Source: Planctomycetota bacterium
GTDB taxonomy: Bacteria; Planctomycetota; B15-G4
DNA length: 64,000 bases
Direction: 5' to 3'
Assembly: GCA_965248575.1 (NCBI GenBank)
Contig: CBDFJQ010000002.1
Coordinates: 3,712,001 to 3,776,000, forward strand
The position numbers and the translations under genes are program-made. This document shows positions 19,301 through 28,115 of this stretch, in pieces (within the stretch, counting starts at the first letter, position 1; every line of letters starts with the position of its first letter). The notes below the pieces were generated by a model. That model saw only the letters and a list, made by a program, of their open reading frames with translations. It had not been told where the DNA came from and searched no databases.

Positions 19301-19715
19301 TCATCCCGTACGAGCCGCGCAGCACCCGGTTGGTCGAGTGGTGGTGGTGCGGGTGGTACCAGAAGATGCCGGGCCGCGGAACCGTGAACATGTAGAGGTA
19401 GGTCCCACCTGGTGGGACGCCATTCTGGGTCACCGGCGTACCGTCGGCCGAGTTGAGCATCTCGATACCGTGCCAGTGGATGCCGCTGTCGTGGGGCAGG
19501 TTGTTCTTCAGGCGCACGATGAGCGTGTCGCCGACAGTGAGTCGGATCGTGGGGCCCGGCACCTCGCCGTTGTAGGTCTCCACATTCGCCATGACCCCGG
19601 CACCGATGTCGCGCGTCTGCAGCGAGGTGGTGATGGTGAACTCGAAGACGCCCGGCGTGGTAGGCAGCGGATCTTCCGCATCCGACAAGACGTACGGACC
19701 CATTCCCGTGGTCAT
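16320..19715 (-). CDS. multicopper oxidase fused to VWD domain, Ig-like domain and C-terminal TM anchor
   Basis: All four Cu motifs present (IHWHG, WYHPH, HPFHMHG, HCHIFFHAHQGM); GDPHIHTVDGQRYDFQ..GEF, FADSWRV and CVFDV of VWD; Big_3-like PKGQVRFFVDG..LDAKGRA..HDIRAAY; hydrophobic tail. Confidence 0.88.
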   Translation of the reverse strand: MTTGMGPYVLSDAEDPLPTTPGVFEFTITTSLQTRDIGAGVMANVETYNGEVPGPTIRLTVGDTLIVRLKNNLPHDSGIHWHGIEMLNSADGTPVTQNGVPPGGTYLYMFTVPRPGIFWYHPHHHHSTNRVLRGSYGMIVVTDPNEATLVSAGTIPAAADTLPLLLSDITVCKAVMDNDSATYNPALPFLSSSTVQPGPSPEDLCELSPLNEDGSAASGPFAAGDVPNIQRAGPGRTNEGQTILTNGVNVGARAGEPSAPGALGAAALTRPVDAGQGLRMQVVNAATTRFFRLILTTSTGAQVPLVRIGGEGGLLNDAVVEGGVLSGFDTKITSGEIMLPPASRADFVAAIPASATGTLTLWTQDLERTGAGYSVIPTQPVAHFEVTGTRTPYTIGAGTALLSSVAGASLTSLPGPFGSVLDPGSFSPTKPGLSTPDIQLTNAGGVLGINGIGSSTGGAGPYSAKPHFGSARYGEFDTSVELTVSNTTGAHHPFHMHGFSVQPISLTPGSGAPAGSGSYVWAYVEYRDNIDVPSQYVLTARVHFADRPLHDGTTMGGAFGRWLFHCHIFFHAHQGMISELVVTANGGGEKPFVDVGGSWAYAPFDALAERHGTFGHPDPGETVNLTTSLGVLASDPVAGTWDWEFDSTGMTVELITFVFITAEDGNGRRDQTVFRLKIGGTDDGSDNGDPHIHTVDGQRYDFQAVGEFIALRDRMDLEVQTRQTPVLTANPITDSHSGLKTCVSLNTAVAARVGGHHLSYQPNREGDGLQFYLNGKPAQLPTSGLDLPGGHRISTFDSDGELGLRVDYAQHAVLTVTPRFWTSHSVWYMDVSVSNTQADEGLMGSIPQHSWLPTLSSGATVGSMPASLSKRYEQLYKTFADSWRVDDASSLFVYERDTSTATFTDRGWPAESPPCVLQPGFEMPGVPLPAGMPLAQAEQVCQAVTLDGLHTDCVFDVATTGDESFAEGYLFAQDLKLRGTRVQLVEGARCPELAGRIGVTAIVLRLTSGRPTPKGQVRFFVDGVAESSLATLDAKGRACFDTSDLTTGDHDIRAAYEGGEGAGDGLPSSSPTVVVDPDKQKPFVPQDSPGPDPGGTGSGGDDLSDDTSSIRIGWLLLLALLALVLYLIFFS

Positions 19716-19928
19716 GGTTCTTCTCCCGGTTCGTGTGCACTCGCTTCCCCAGCGAGGGCCCCAGAGTCCCACGACCTCCAGCGTGCGTCCAGGCCTACGT
19801 GAAGCTCCACCCGGACTGGGCGTTCCGATTCCTGCATCAGCCCCACCCCGCTGGGCTGACGCAGGGGTATGCTGCCGCCCCCGCACTCATCGTCGCTACG
19901 ACGACCTTCTCATTGCTGGAAGCTGCCC

Positions 19929-21077
19929 ATGCTCGTTCGCCTGTCCCGACTGTCTGCCTGCTTGCTCGCTTTCCTGTTCACGGGGGCTGCGCTGCATGCC
20001 GACGTCAGCTTGGATTCGCTGTTGCCCGTAGAAGGCACCGTCGGCACTCCGCTCGATGTGCAGCTCATGGGCGACATCGGGAAGGGCAAGCCCAAGTTGT
20101 GGTTCACGCTGGCTGACGACGACTCCAAGAAGCCGCGCAAGACGAAGCTCAAGGTGACCGAGGTCACCGACATGGGCGGCAGCCTGTTCTGCCTCGCGAC
20201 CTCGTTCAAGAAGACGAAGACCGGCGCAGGTGTCTACGATCTGCACGTCAAGCCGAAGGGCAAGGGCCTGATCGAGCAGGTGTTCCCTGCAGCCTTCACC
20301 ATGCGCGACCCCAGCGTGGACGAAGCCGACCCGGATTCAGCCAACTCCAAGGACGTGATCGAGATCACGGGGGAGTTCTTCGGCGGCGGGCCGGCCAAGC
20401 CCAGGGTGCTGTTGGTTCCTACGACAGGCGGCAAGATCAAGAAGGCCAAGGTGCAGGAGCTCACGGACGGTGCGAGCCTGATGGTGAAGCTGCCCAAGTT
20501 GAGCGACGGGATCTACGACGTGGCCGTCATCACCAAGGTGGGGCTCGGGCTCCTGGAGGCCGGCCTGTCCATCGTCAACATCGGGGGAGGGGGAGGCGGG
20601 TCCTTCAAGGATCACCTGAGCATGACGCTCGCCAGTGTCGAGCAGACCCTGCTGACGACACAGTATGAAGCGAAGGGCCCGAATCACGGGGGCTCGGTCT
20701 TGTTCGCCATCAACCAGAGCATGCCGGGCTTTCCCATCACGATCATCACCTCGAAGATGATCTTCGGAATCGACAAGGGCATCGGCATCTCGCTTGGTTT
20801 CCCCTTCGAACCGGGCGTCACTCCGACGCCGTTCACGTTCCAGATGGGGCAGACCAGCCCGCAGTTCAACATCGTGGTGAGCCAGGACATGCCCGACGCC
20901 GACTGGTGGACAGGCGGGGCCTTGATGGTGCCGGGTTCCGTGACGGTCAACTCGGCCACCAAGAAACGCATCAAGGGCAGCTTCCAGTTCACCCTGGTGC
21001 CTGCAACGCCATCGCCGGCAGCCGGCAACCTCGTGATCCAAAGCGCGGACTTCGACATTGGGCTGACGGTCTTCTAG
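19929..21077 (+). CDS. secreted Lys-rich Ig-like (IPT/TIG-like) protein, paralog B
   Basis: Signal peptide ending LHA-D; colinear with 8622-9752 (shared GKPKLWFT, FKKTKTG.G.YDLH.KPKGK, LASVEQ, PGVTPTPFT). Confidence 0.78.
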   Translation: MLVRLSRLSACLLAFLFTGAALHADVSLDSLLPVEGTVGTPLDVQLMGDIGKGKPKLWFTLADDDSKKPRKTKLKVTEVTDMGGSLFCLATSFKKTKTGAGVYDLHVKPKGKGLIEQVFPAAFTMRDPSVDEADPDSANSKDVIEITGEFFGGGPAKPRVLLVPTTGGKIKKAKVQELTDGASLMVKLPKLSDGIYDVAVITKVGLGLLEAGLSIVNIGGGGGGSFKDHLSMTLASVEQTLLTTQYEAKGPNHGGSVLFAINQSMPGFPITIITSKMIFGIDKGIGISLGFPFEPGVTPTPFTFQMGQTSPQFNIVVSQDMPDADWWTGGALMVPGSVTVNSATKKRIKGSFQFTLVPATPSPAAGNLVIQSADFDIGLTVF

Positions 21078-21080
21078 GGA

Positions 21081-21680
21081 GTGCCGCTCCAGGGGGGCCA
21101 AGAAACCGTCATCGGCGACTTCGCACCGGAGCTCCCGAGCTTCCTGCTCGTAGGGGCCGTCGTGACCGACCGCTCCTTCTACAAGCGCGTGAACTGGCTC
21201 GGGGCGATGCTCGTGGTGCCGGCGCTTGTCGTGTCGTACATCCTGGCGAAGGTGGGCCGGCTGCCCTACAGCCTGGAAGAGATGCTGCTCGTCACCGCCC
21301 CAGCGATCGTCCTGCTGACTCCCTTGCATGAAGGCACGCACTGGTTGGTGGCGCGACTCGGCGGAGTGCCCGCTCGGCATTGCCGCTTCGGGATGCTCTG
21401 GTCCCAGCTCATGCCGTACTTCCGGTCCCTGGTGCCGCTCCCCGTGCGGCGCTACCGGCTCGTGCTGCTGGGGCCGGGAGTCGGCTTGACGGTCGTGGCA
21501 GCCCTGATTGCCATCTGGCAGGCGGACCTGCGTTGGTGGCTGGTGGCGTGGGTCGCCTTCGCCGCTGGACTTGCTGACTACTACTGGTATTGGCGCCTGC
21601 GCGACGTGCCAAACGAACAGTGGGTCTGGGATCGCGCAGGCGTCGTCGGGATCGAGTGCTTGTCGGCTCGTGACCCGTGA
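21081..21680 (+). CDS. DUF3267-like membrane zincin metalloprotease
   Basis: Several TM helices, LHEGTH (HExxH), YRLVLLGP, AGLADY. Confidence 0.7.
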   Translation: MPLQGGQETVIGDFAPELPSFLLVGAVVTDRSFYKRVNWLGAMLVVPALVVSYILAKVGRLPYSLEEMLLVTAPAIVLLTPLHEGTHWLVARLGGVPARHCRFGMLWSQLMPYFRSLVPLPVRRYRLVLLGPGVGLTVVAALIAIWQADLRWWLVAWVAFAAGLADYYWYWRLRDVPNEQWVWDRAGVVGIECLSARDP

Positions 21681-21708
21681 GTCCGCGGCCGACGTGACCC
21701 ACGCACCT

Positions 21709-21939
21709 TCAGCCCTGGCTGTGCGTCCCGTCACAGAGCGGTGGGTTTCCGGACTTTCCGCACTGACAGACGGCCACCTTGGCTTCGCTCTCGGCCTTGT
21801 AGAGCACCGGGGTCTTGTCGCTGCCGGTGCGGGCATGGCTGCCATCGCAGTAGGGCTTGTTGGCAGACTCGCCGCACGCGCAGAGGCGGTGAGAGCCTTC
21901 GGGGATCGTGCCGACCCAAGGTTGCGTTTCGTAGGGCAT
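21709..21939 (-). CDS. CDGSH iron-sulfur domain protein (two CDGSH motifs)
   Basis: LCACGESANKPYCDGSH and VCQCGKSGNPPLCDGTH; GGAG RBS before ATG 21939. Confidence 0.92.
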   Translation of the reverse strand: MPYETQPWVGTIPEGSHRLCACGESANKPYCDGSHARTGSDKTPVLYKAESEAKVAVCQCGKSGNPPLCDGTHSQG

Positions 21940-22227
21940 GGTGTGCTCCGATGGAGGGTGATTCGGGGGCGCACTGTACGTGCCAGGCACCCAGCACCTC
22001 GTGGCAGCTCGGGTTTTCCGCAAACCGCAAGGCGCTCTTGGTACACAACCCTTGTCTTGATGGCACGAGCTCTCACCGGGGTGGGCGCGCGTATCGCCTC
22101 ATCCTGTTGCCCTCTGCTCTCTCTCATGCATCGAAGTCACCGCTCCAAGGCACCTGGGTATACTCCGACGGCCGCACGTGCCCGAGCTGCTGCGGCCTCA
22201 AGAGCGCGGGTGACATCGAGGGGTGAC

Positions 22228-22806
22228 ATGAGCGACGAGGCTTTCGATCCCACACATCCCGACGACCTGGCACTCGCCCAGAGTGCCGTCGCCGGAGATC
22301 GGGAGGCTCGCCGCCAGTTCGCCCAGCGCATGCAGTGTGTGCCGCGCATGCTGGTGGTGATGAATCGTCGCCTGGTCGGGCGCGTGAGCAACGAGGACAT
22401 CGAAGACCTGGTGCAGGACACCCTGGTCACGGTCTGGAGACGGCTGGACACCTTCGGCGGCCGTGCGTCCCTGGAGACCTGGGTCTATCGTTTCTGCCGG
22501 TACCACCTCGCGAATCGAATCCGCTCGCTGGCGCGGCGGCCGGTGCATGTCACCGTGGAAACCTACGATCAGTCGCAGGAGACCACGAGCACCTTGCTTG
22601 AGTTCGAGGATGTGCACCGTGCGTTGGGTGAGCTGGAGCAGGCCACCGCGGACGTGCTGCGGCTCAAGCACTTCCGGCAGCTCAGCTTTCCCGAGATCGG
22701 GACGGCCTTGGGCATCTCCCCGAACACCGCCAAGACCCGCTACTACCGCGGGCTGACGGTTCTTCGCCGTATGCTGGAGCCCGGCCGAAGGGAGGTGGAC
22801 TCATGA
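22228..22806 (+). CDS. ECF (sigma-70 group 4) sigma factor
   Basis: EDLVQDTLV.VWRRLDTF.G.ASLETWVYR (region 2); LSFPEIGTALGISPNTAKTRYYRG (region 4). Confidence 0.92.
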   Translation: MSDEAFDPTHPDDLALAQSAVAGDREARRQFAQRMQCVPRMLVVMNRRLVGRVSNEDIEDLVQDTLVTVWRRLDTFGGRASLETWVYRFCRYHLANRIRSLARRPVHVTVETYDQSQETTSTLLEFEDVHRALGELEQATADVLRLKHFRQLSFPEIGTALGISPNTAKTRYYRGLTVLRRMLEPGRREVDS

Positions 22807-23465
22807 CCAAAAACGAAAAACCGGAGGACACCCCCGACGACACAAACCCCAGCATCAGCCCTAGCCTCAGCCCAGAGGATGAACAGATGCAGCGCATGCT
22901 GGACGGCCTGGCCCAGGCGGAGTCTGAAGACCTGGAGGCGGCTCGAAGCGTGACGGAGGCTCCCGGGTCTGGTCGTGTGGACGAAACGCTGGAACGCCTG
23001 TGGCGAGATGAGGAGGCGGCAGCGGGCTCCTCTGCGACGGAACGTGGTGAGGCAGCCGTCGTTCCCGTCCGGACTTCCATCCAGCTGGCCAGCCGGCCTT
23101 GGATGTCACTCGCTGCAACGGTCTTGATCGCGGTGGGTCTGTGGGCCTTTTGGCCCCGGGGCGAGGTGGAACCGCCGATCATCCTGGGTGCGTCGGACTT
23201 GAAGATCGTTCAGCCACGCGGAGACGTCGTGAGCTTCGGCGAGGTGAGGTGGGAGCATCCCCGAGCCGGGGAACTCGTTTTTGATGTGCTGGTGTCTGGC
23301 TCGGAGGGCGAGGTCAGCAGCGTGACCGGTTGGACCGAGCTCGCGTGGCGGGACCCACGTGGAACGGAAGGCTGGCCCGAGCAGGTCACCATCGATCTCA
23401 CGGCCCGGGATAAGAGTGGGCGCATCATCGGAGCGGACTCCGTTGAGGCTCGACGCGTGCGTTAG
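22803..23465 (+). CDS. putative single-pass membrane anti-sigma factor
   Basis: ATGA-coupled to the ECF; acidic cytoplasmic N-terminus, one TM (SLAATVLIAVGLWAFW), small beta-rich C-terminal domain. Confidence 0.65.
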   Translation: MTKNEKPEDTPDDTNPSISPSLSPEDEQMQRMLDGLAQAESEDLEAARSVTEAPGSGRVDETLERLWRDEEAAAGSSATERGEAAVVPVRTSIQLASRPWMSLAATVLIAVGLWAFWPRGEVEPPIILGASDLKIVQPRGDVVSFGEVRWEHPRAGELVFDVLVSGSEGEVSSVTGWTELAWRDPRGTEGWPEQVTIDLTARDKSGRIIGADSVEARRVR

Positions 23466-23479
23466 ACTCTGCGCCCATC

Positions 23480-25939
23480 ATGGCGCTTGACCACATCGTT
23501 CGTGTCGTTCATGGGTTGACGAAGGGGGCTCTGCTCGCCGCCCTCGCTTCGGCTCTGTCAGCCGGCACACGGGCTCAGGTCGACCCGGCGTCCGCTGCGC
23601 CGAAGGTCGGTGGCCTGGAAGCGCGCGCCCAGGCCATCGCCGCTATCGAGGCGGCCAACGGGCTGGTGCAAGCGGGCTCGGTCCAGGCTGCCGAACTCGA
23701 ACTCACCGCGGCGCTGGATCGACTCGACCTGAAGCGCTCCATGCGGGGCCGCATGTTGTGGCAACGGGCGGACCTCCGTCGGCACCAATGGAACATGGAG
23801 GGTGCGGTCGCGGATCTGAAGGAAGCCGAGCGGCAACTCACAGGTCTTCGGCAAGAGCGACTGATGATGTGCGGCGTGTGGGGTGTTCGCGCGGAGCTGG
23901 CCCTGGATCAAGGGCTCCTGGGGTTGGCGAGTGAGCACCACGCCAAGGAACGCGCGGGCGCCGACGTTGAGCAGGCGGAGAGCACCGCCATCCTGCCCGA
24001 GTGGCTGGCCGCGAACATCCGCTCGGCGAAGTTGTGGCTGGCCAAGGACGACGACGCGACCCTCGAACGCCAGCTGACGGAGTGGCTCGAGGGCCCCGTC
24101 TACAGTGCCCCGGCTTTGGCAGCCGAGGCGGCCTCGCTGCGAGTGCGGTTGGCGACGGGGTTGGCAGACTTCGAGCGGCGCGACCCCAAGCGTCCCAAGG
24201 AAGCCGCACAGCTGTTGCGCTCCTGCATGGCAGACCTGCCCGAGGGTCGGTGGGGCGGTGTCCTGCGCACGCTCACGCAGATCGCGTTGATCGAGGGCGA
24301 CCTGGAAGGGGCACGATCCGCCTTGGGTCAGCTGGACGTGCTTGAGAGAGGTGCAGCGGACTACACGACCTTGGGTGCGTTGCGCGGCCCCCTGTACGAG
24401 CTGGCTCTGCGCACCCGACTCGACCGCTTGTCCGGGGCGAGCGGCGAGGCCTTGGGCAAGCGCGCAGAGCAGATTGACGATCTGCTGGAGACTTTCCAGC
24501 GCCTGTGGTCTGCCATGCCCGCTCGTTCTGGTGGGAGAGGGCCGCTGCACTTCGGCCGCACTCGCATGCTGCTCGGGGAGCGACTCTGGCTGTCCATGGA
24601 AAACGGGGAGGGGGCGGGCGAGGCATTGTCCATGCTCATGCGGGTCCAATCCCTCGGCACGCTCGCACGTTCACTGGGGGCTGAGAACCCGAGTCTCCCG
24701 GAACTCAGGGCTGCGCTTCTTCCCTCGCCCGGGACCCGAGGCGTCCTGGTCTTCCTACCTACGCTCTGGGAGACACATCTGCTGCTGCTCGACTCGGCGG
24801 AGGTGAGGCACGTCCCGTTGGTTTCGGACGACCTCATCGACGACGAGCGCGATCGCCTTCTCGCAAGCCTCATGCGCCCCCGGACCCCTCAGAGGCTCCA
24901 GTCGGAGGCGGTTCAATGCCTGGAGCTTGGGGCGTTGGTGTTTCCTGCGGAAGTCCGCAGCGTGTTGGAGGGGTGGTCGGGAGTGACCATCGTCGGTTCG
25001 GACATGCTCAAGGAGCTGCCGTTCGAGATGTTGCGGCTGGACCAGCAGACGGAGTTCGGTGCGGCGTGGGCAGTGGACCGGCTTCCGTCCCTACCTGTGG
25101 GACACGCTCTCTTCCGAAGACTAGGAGAGAAGAGCACGTCATCAGGAGCGCGTCTCGTGATCGCGAGCGAGCTCTCCGAGGCGGCGATCGCCCTAGCTGG
25201 TTCCCTGCCGAAGATCCTCGTGGAGGAGAAGGACGCTCTCTCGCTCCTGTCGTCCTATCCCGATGAAGGTCAGCAGTTGCTCACGGGACCCGAGGCCACA
25301 TCGTCGGCACTCTTTGACGCGCTTGCTCCTGGCAACGTCCTGCAGATCATCTGCCACGGCCTGTATGACCCCCGGCGTGAACAACCCGCCGGCTTGGCGT
25401 TGGCTGCGTTGGCCGAAGGTCGGGCCACGCTTGAGGGGCAAGCGCTTGAGGACGACGGTATCCTCTGGGCCGACGAGATTCCCACAGAGGGTGCGCCTGC
25501 CCTCGTGGTGCTCACCGCCTGCCGCGCAGCTTCGGGGCCCTTGCGCCGCGGGGATCCGGGTGCCGCAGATCTCGGGGGCACTTTCCTGGCCGCCGGTTCC
25601 CAAGCCGTTGTGTACTCGCCGTTCGACTTGGAGCTGTCGGTGGTGAAGGCCATCTCCAAGCACCTGCACGCTGCGCTCGCCCTCGGCGAATCCCCCGCCG
25701 AAGGCCTGCGCCGTGCGCGACGGGCCCTGGCGAAGGACGAACGATTCAGCGATCCCCTCCTCCGCTCCACCCTCCTGGTGATCGGCTTGGGACACGAGCC
25801 GCTCTTCGTGCGCCCGCCCCGCGCAGGGCTCACGGCCGTGGAGGCCGCGGCCTTCGTGGTCCCCATCGGCGTGCTCTTGGCGCTCTTCCTGACAGCGCGT
25901 GCCCGGCAACGACGTCTCGCTGCCGAGCACGCGGGTTAG
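23480..25939 (+). CDS. CHAT-domain (caspase-like) protease with helical/TPR-like N-terminus, signal peptide and C-terminal TM
   Basis: LPFEML, LTGPEAT, IICHG (His), GILWADEI, VVLTAC (Cys), FLAAGSQAVV, PAEGLRRARR; hydrophobic N- and C-termini. Confidence 0.85.
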   Translation: MALDHIVRVVHGLTKGALLAALASALSAGTRAQVDPASAAPKVGGLEARAQAIAAIEAANGLVQAGSVQAAELELTAALDRLDLKRSMRGRMLWQRADLRRHQWNMEGAVADLKEAERQLTGLRQERLMMCGVWGVRAELALDQGLLGLASEHHAKERAGADVEQAESTAILPEWLAANIRSAKLWLAKDDDATLERQLTEWLEGPVYSAPALAAEAASLRVRLATGLADFERRDPKRPKEAAQLLRSCMADLPEGRWGGVLRTLTQIALIEGDLEGARSALGQLDVLERGAADYTTLGALRGPLYELALRTRLDRLSGASGEALGKRAEQIDDLLETFQRLWSAMPARSGGRGPLHFGRTRMLLGERLWLSMENGEGAGEALSMLMRVQSLGTLARSLGAENPSLPELRAALLPSPGTRGVLVFLPTLWETHLLLLDSAEVRHVPLVSDDLIDDERDRLLASLMRPRTPQRLQSEAVQCLELGALVFPAEVRSVLEGWSGVTIVGSDMLKELPFEMLRLDQQTEFGAAWAVDRLPSLPVGHALFRRLGEKSTSSGARLVIASELSEAAIALAGSLPKILVEEKDALSLLSSYPDEGQQLLTGPEATSSALFDALAPGNVLQIICHGLYDPRREQPAGLALAALAEGRATLEGQALEDDGILWADEIPTEGAPALVVLTACRAASGPLRRGDPGAADLGGTFLAAGSQAVVYSPFDLELSVVKAISKHLHAALALGESPAEGLRRARRALAKDERFSDPLLRSTLLVIGLGHEPLFVRPPRAGLTAVEAAAFVVPIGVLLALFLTARARQRRLAAEHAG

Positions 25940-25954
25940 GCAGTCAGGCTCCGA

Positions 25955-27700
25955 TCAGCCGGCACCGCCGCGGGGGTCGTCTTCGATCGGCGGTTCGTCT
26001 TCATCGTGCTCGGGGACGGACCCACCGATGACGACGTCGTCGTCGGCCTTGCTGCTTCCACCCGACGTCGTGTGGGTTGAAGGCGCGGTGGCCTCGAAGG
26101 GACCCAGGAGATGCAGCAGGTCTCCATTGTCCGAGCGGCCTTGGATACCAACGCGAGCGGGGCCGCGGGCGACGACCTCGCCGCTCTCGAGCAGGACCTG
26201 GCGCACGGACCAACTCAGGATCTCATCCAAGGTCTGGTTGAGCACCGCGTCGTCCTCGATCAAGAAATTCACGGTGGCGCCGGCGGTGAAGGGCTGCTCC
26301 ACCACGAAGGCCGGACGGTCGAAGGTGGGGGCCCACAGATCGGGCCCGTCCCACAAGGTGACCTGCAAGCGGAGGTCCTGACCGGCACCGGGGGTGAGGG
26401 TGACCAATGGGGCTTCCACGTCGAGCAACCAGTAACCCACCTCGGGCGTTGGTACCTGGTCAATGAACGAGCCGCCACCGAGGATCTCTGGTCGGAGGTT
26501 CTCTTCTGCCAGGCTGTTGAGGTCGACGACGCAGATCTCGCTGTACGGCGCCGTTCCGGCACCCGAGCCGGCGGTCCAACTGCCTTGAATGGGGGCGAAG
26601 AGCTCGAGGTCGCCGTCATGGTCGAAATCCGCTGCGGCGAGGCCCGCCTGGCCCAGCGCCGGGTCACGATTCGTCGGCCCGAAGGGATAGAGCGTGAAAT
26701 AGCCGTTGAAGGTCTTGCCGCCGTGCGGAGCCTGGGTCGTGGCGTCATGCGCGTACAGCTCCATCATCTGGTCGCTGGTGGAGAGGGTCATGGCGAGGTC
26801 GCTGTTACCGTCGGAGTTGAAGTCCGCGGACGTCATGGAGATGACCTCGTGCGGCGCCAGGGAGCGAGCGATGTCCACCACGGTCTCGCTCCAGGTGAGC
26901 AGGTATTGCTCGCCAGCGGGAGACAATCGCAGCAGGATTGCGAGCCGCTGTTTCGTTCCCGTGACCTCCGGGTCATCCAGCACGCAGGCCTGGAGGGAGG
27001 AGAGGGTCCACGGGAAGGAGGCGAGCAGGGTCGACTGCAAGGAGTAGACCTCGATGCCTGCGCTGGTGATGGTCGCGACGTCGTCGACTCCGTCCCCGTC
27101 CCAGTCGATGGCCATGACGGATTCGGGAGCCCCGAAGGTGGTGATGGTCGCGTTCCCGACGAGGAAGCCAGAGGGCGCATTTCCGAGCTTCACGAGCAGC
27201 TGGTTGGTGGCGACGGCGGGGTCACGGATGCCGACGATGTCGGGGCCGTAGACGCCGTCGAAATCACCGACGGCGAGAGCAGTCGCGTTCGGCCAATCGA
27301 TGGAGTCGAGGTTGGTGCTGTCCCAGTGACTCGTCGCCCCATTCCAGACGAGTTCATGCAAGCCCGAAGCGCTTGTGGCGAAAAGGCGGTCGGTGGCGCC
27401 GGCAACCTCGACGGAGGCGATGTCGTTGGCGATGCCGCCGTCCCAACGAATGCTGGTGCGATAGACTTCCGGTGTCATGCACAGGGTGAGGATACCCGAG
27501 TCGAGGACTGCGGCGTCGATGCCGAGGTCGTCGGTGAACTCGCCGACAGCGACGGCGCCAAACAGGGCGTCGGAGAAAACTCCGGGTTGCGGAGGCGGCG
27601 TCTGACCGCCCGTGGGTTCACCTTCGTCGGCGGCTGCGGTGGGGACGAGCAGGCACGCCAGCACAGTGCCTACAAGAAGAGAGTAGAGACGGCGATCCAT
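25955..27700 (-). CDS. secreted FG-GAP/VCBS-repeat protein
   Basis: Signal peptide ending AAA-D; repeats GDFDGVYGPDI, IDWDGDGVDDV, ADFNSDGNSDL, ADFDHDGDLEL; acidic tail. Alternative GTG start at 27712. Confidence 0.8.
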   Translation of the reverse strand: MDRRLYSLLVGTVLACLLVPTAAADEGEPTGGQTPPPQPGVFSDALFGAVAVGEFTDDLGIDAAVLDSGILTLCMTPEVYRTSIRWDGGIANDIASVEVAGATDRLFATSASGLHELVWNGATSHWDSTNLDSIDWPNATALAVGDFDGVYGPDIVGIRDPAVATNQLLVKLGNAPSGFLVGNATITTFGAPESVMAIDWDGDGVDDVATITSAGIEVYSLQSTLLASFPWTLSSLQACVLDDPEVTGTKQRLAILLRLSPAGEQYLLTWSETVVDIARSLAPHEVISMTSADFNSDGNSDLAMTLSTSDQMMELYAHDATTQAPHGGKTFNGYFTLYPFGPTNRDPALGQAGLAAADFDHDGDLELFAPIQGSWTAGSGAGTAPYSEICVVDLNSLAEENLRPEILGGGSFIDQVPTPEVGYWLLDVEAPLVTLTPGAGQDLRLQVTLWDGPDLWAPTFDRPAFVVEQPFTAGATVNFLIEDDAVLNQTLDEILSWSVRQVLLESGEVVARGPARVGIQGRSDNGDLLHLLGPFEATAPSTHTTSGGSSKADDDVVIGGSVPEHDEDEPPIEDDPRGGAG

Positions 27701-28115
27701 GGGGATGCTCACAAAAGGGGGTTGAGGTGACGGACCCGGGCAGTCCTGCGTGTCTCAGCGACGAGCGGGTTCCCGTTGTTCCGGCAGGCTGCGAGGCGCG
27801 CTTTCTGGAGGGAGTATGTGCGCTCTTGGGCATTACGTAACGGGAAAGAAAAACAGAAATTTTGCCCAAACCGGAGCGCTGCGTACGGACACAAACGCCG
27901 GATCCCACTGTCGTGCCGGAGGGCGAGGGGGCTGCTTGCAGTGCCTTCGCGCGCCGAGACCGGAGCCAAGTCTTCGCCTGCTTTGCTGAGACCGTTGAGC
28001 GCTTCGCAGACACACACGCAGCGCTCGAGCAACTTCCATCAATCGCATGACGGCGGGGCGTCCCGGCCTGAGTACGAGGCGCCCCACGTCATCCTTCCCA
28101 CTTGGATGTTGACTC

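Noticed and set aside
21508..22227. Long N-terminal extension on the ECF sigma (432-aa ORF)
   Set aside because: Overlaps the CDGSH and DUF3267-like genes; the sigma domain starts at ATG 22228 after a GAGGGG RBS.
3530..26200. Many long antisense ORFs (e.g. 3530-5503, 13692-15869, 16458-18506, 20337-22127)
   Set aside because: Expected shadows of high-GC3 genes; no motifs, and they lie opposite well-supported CDSs.
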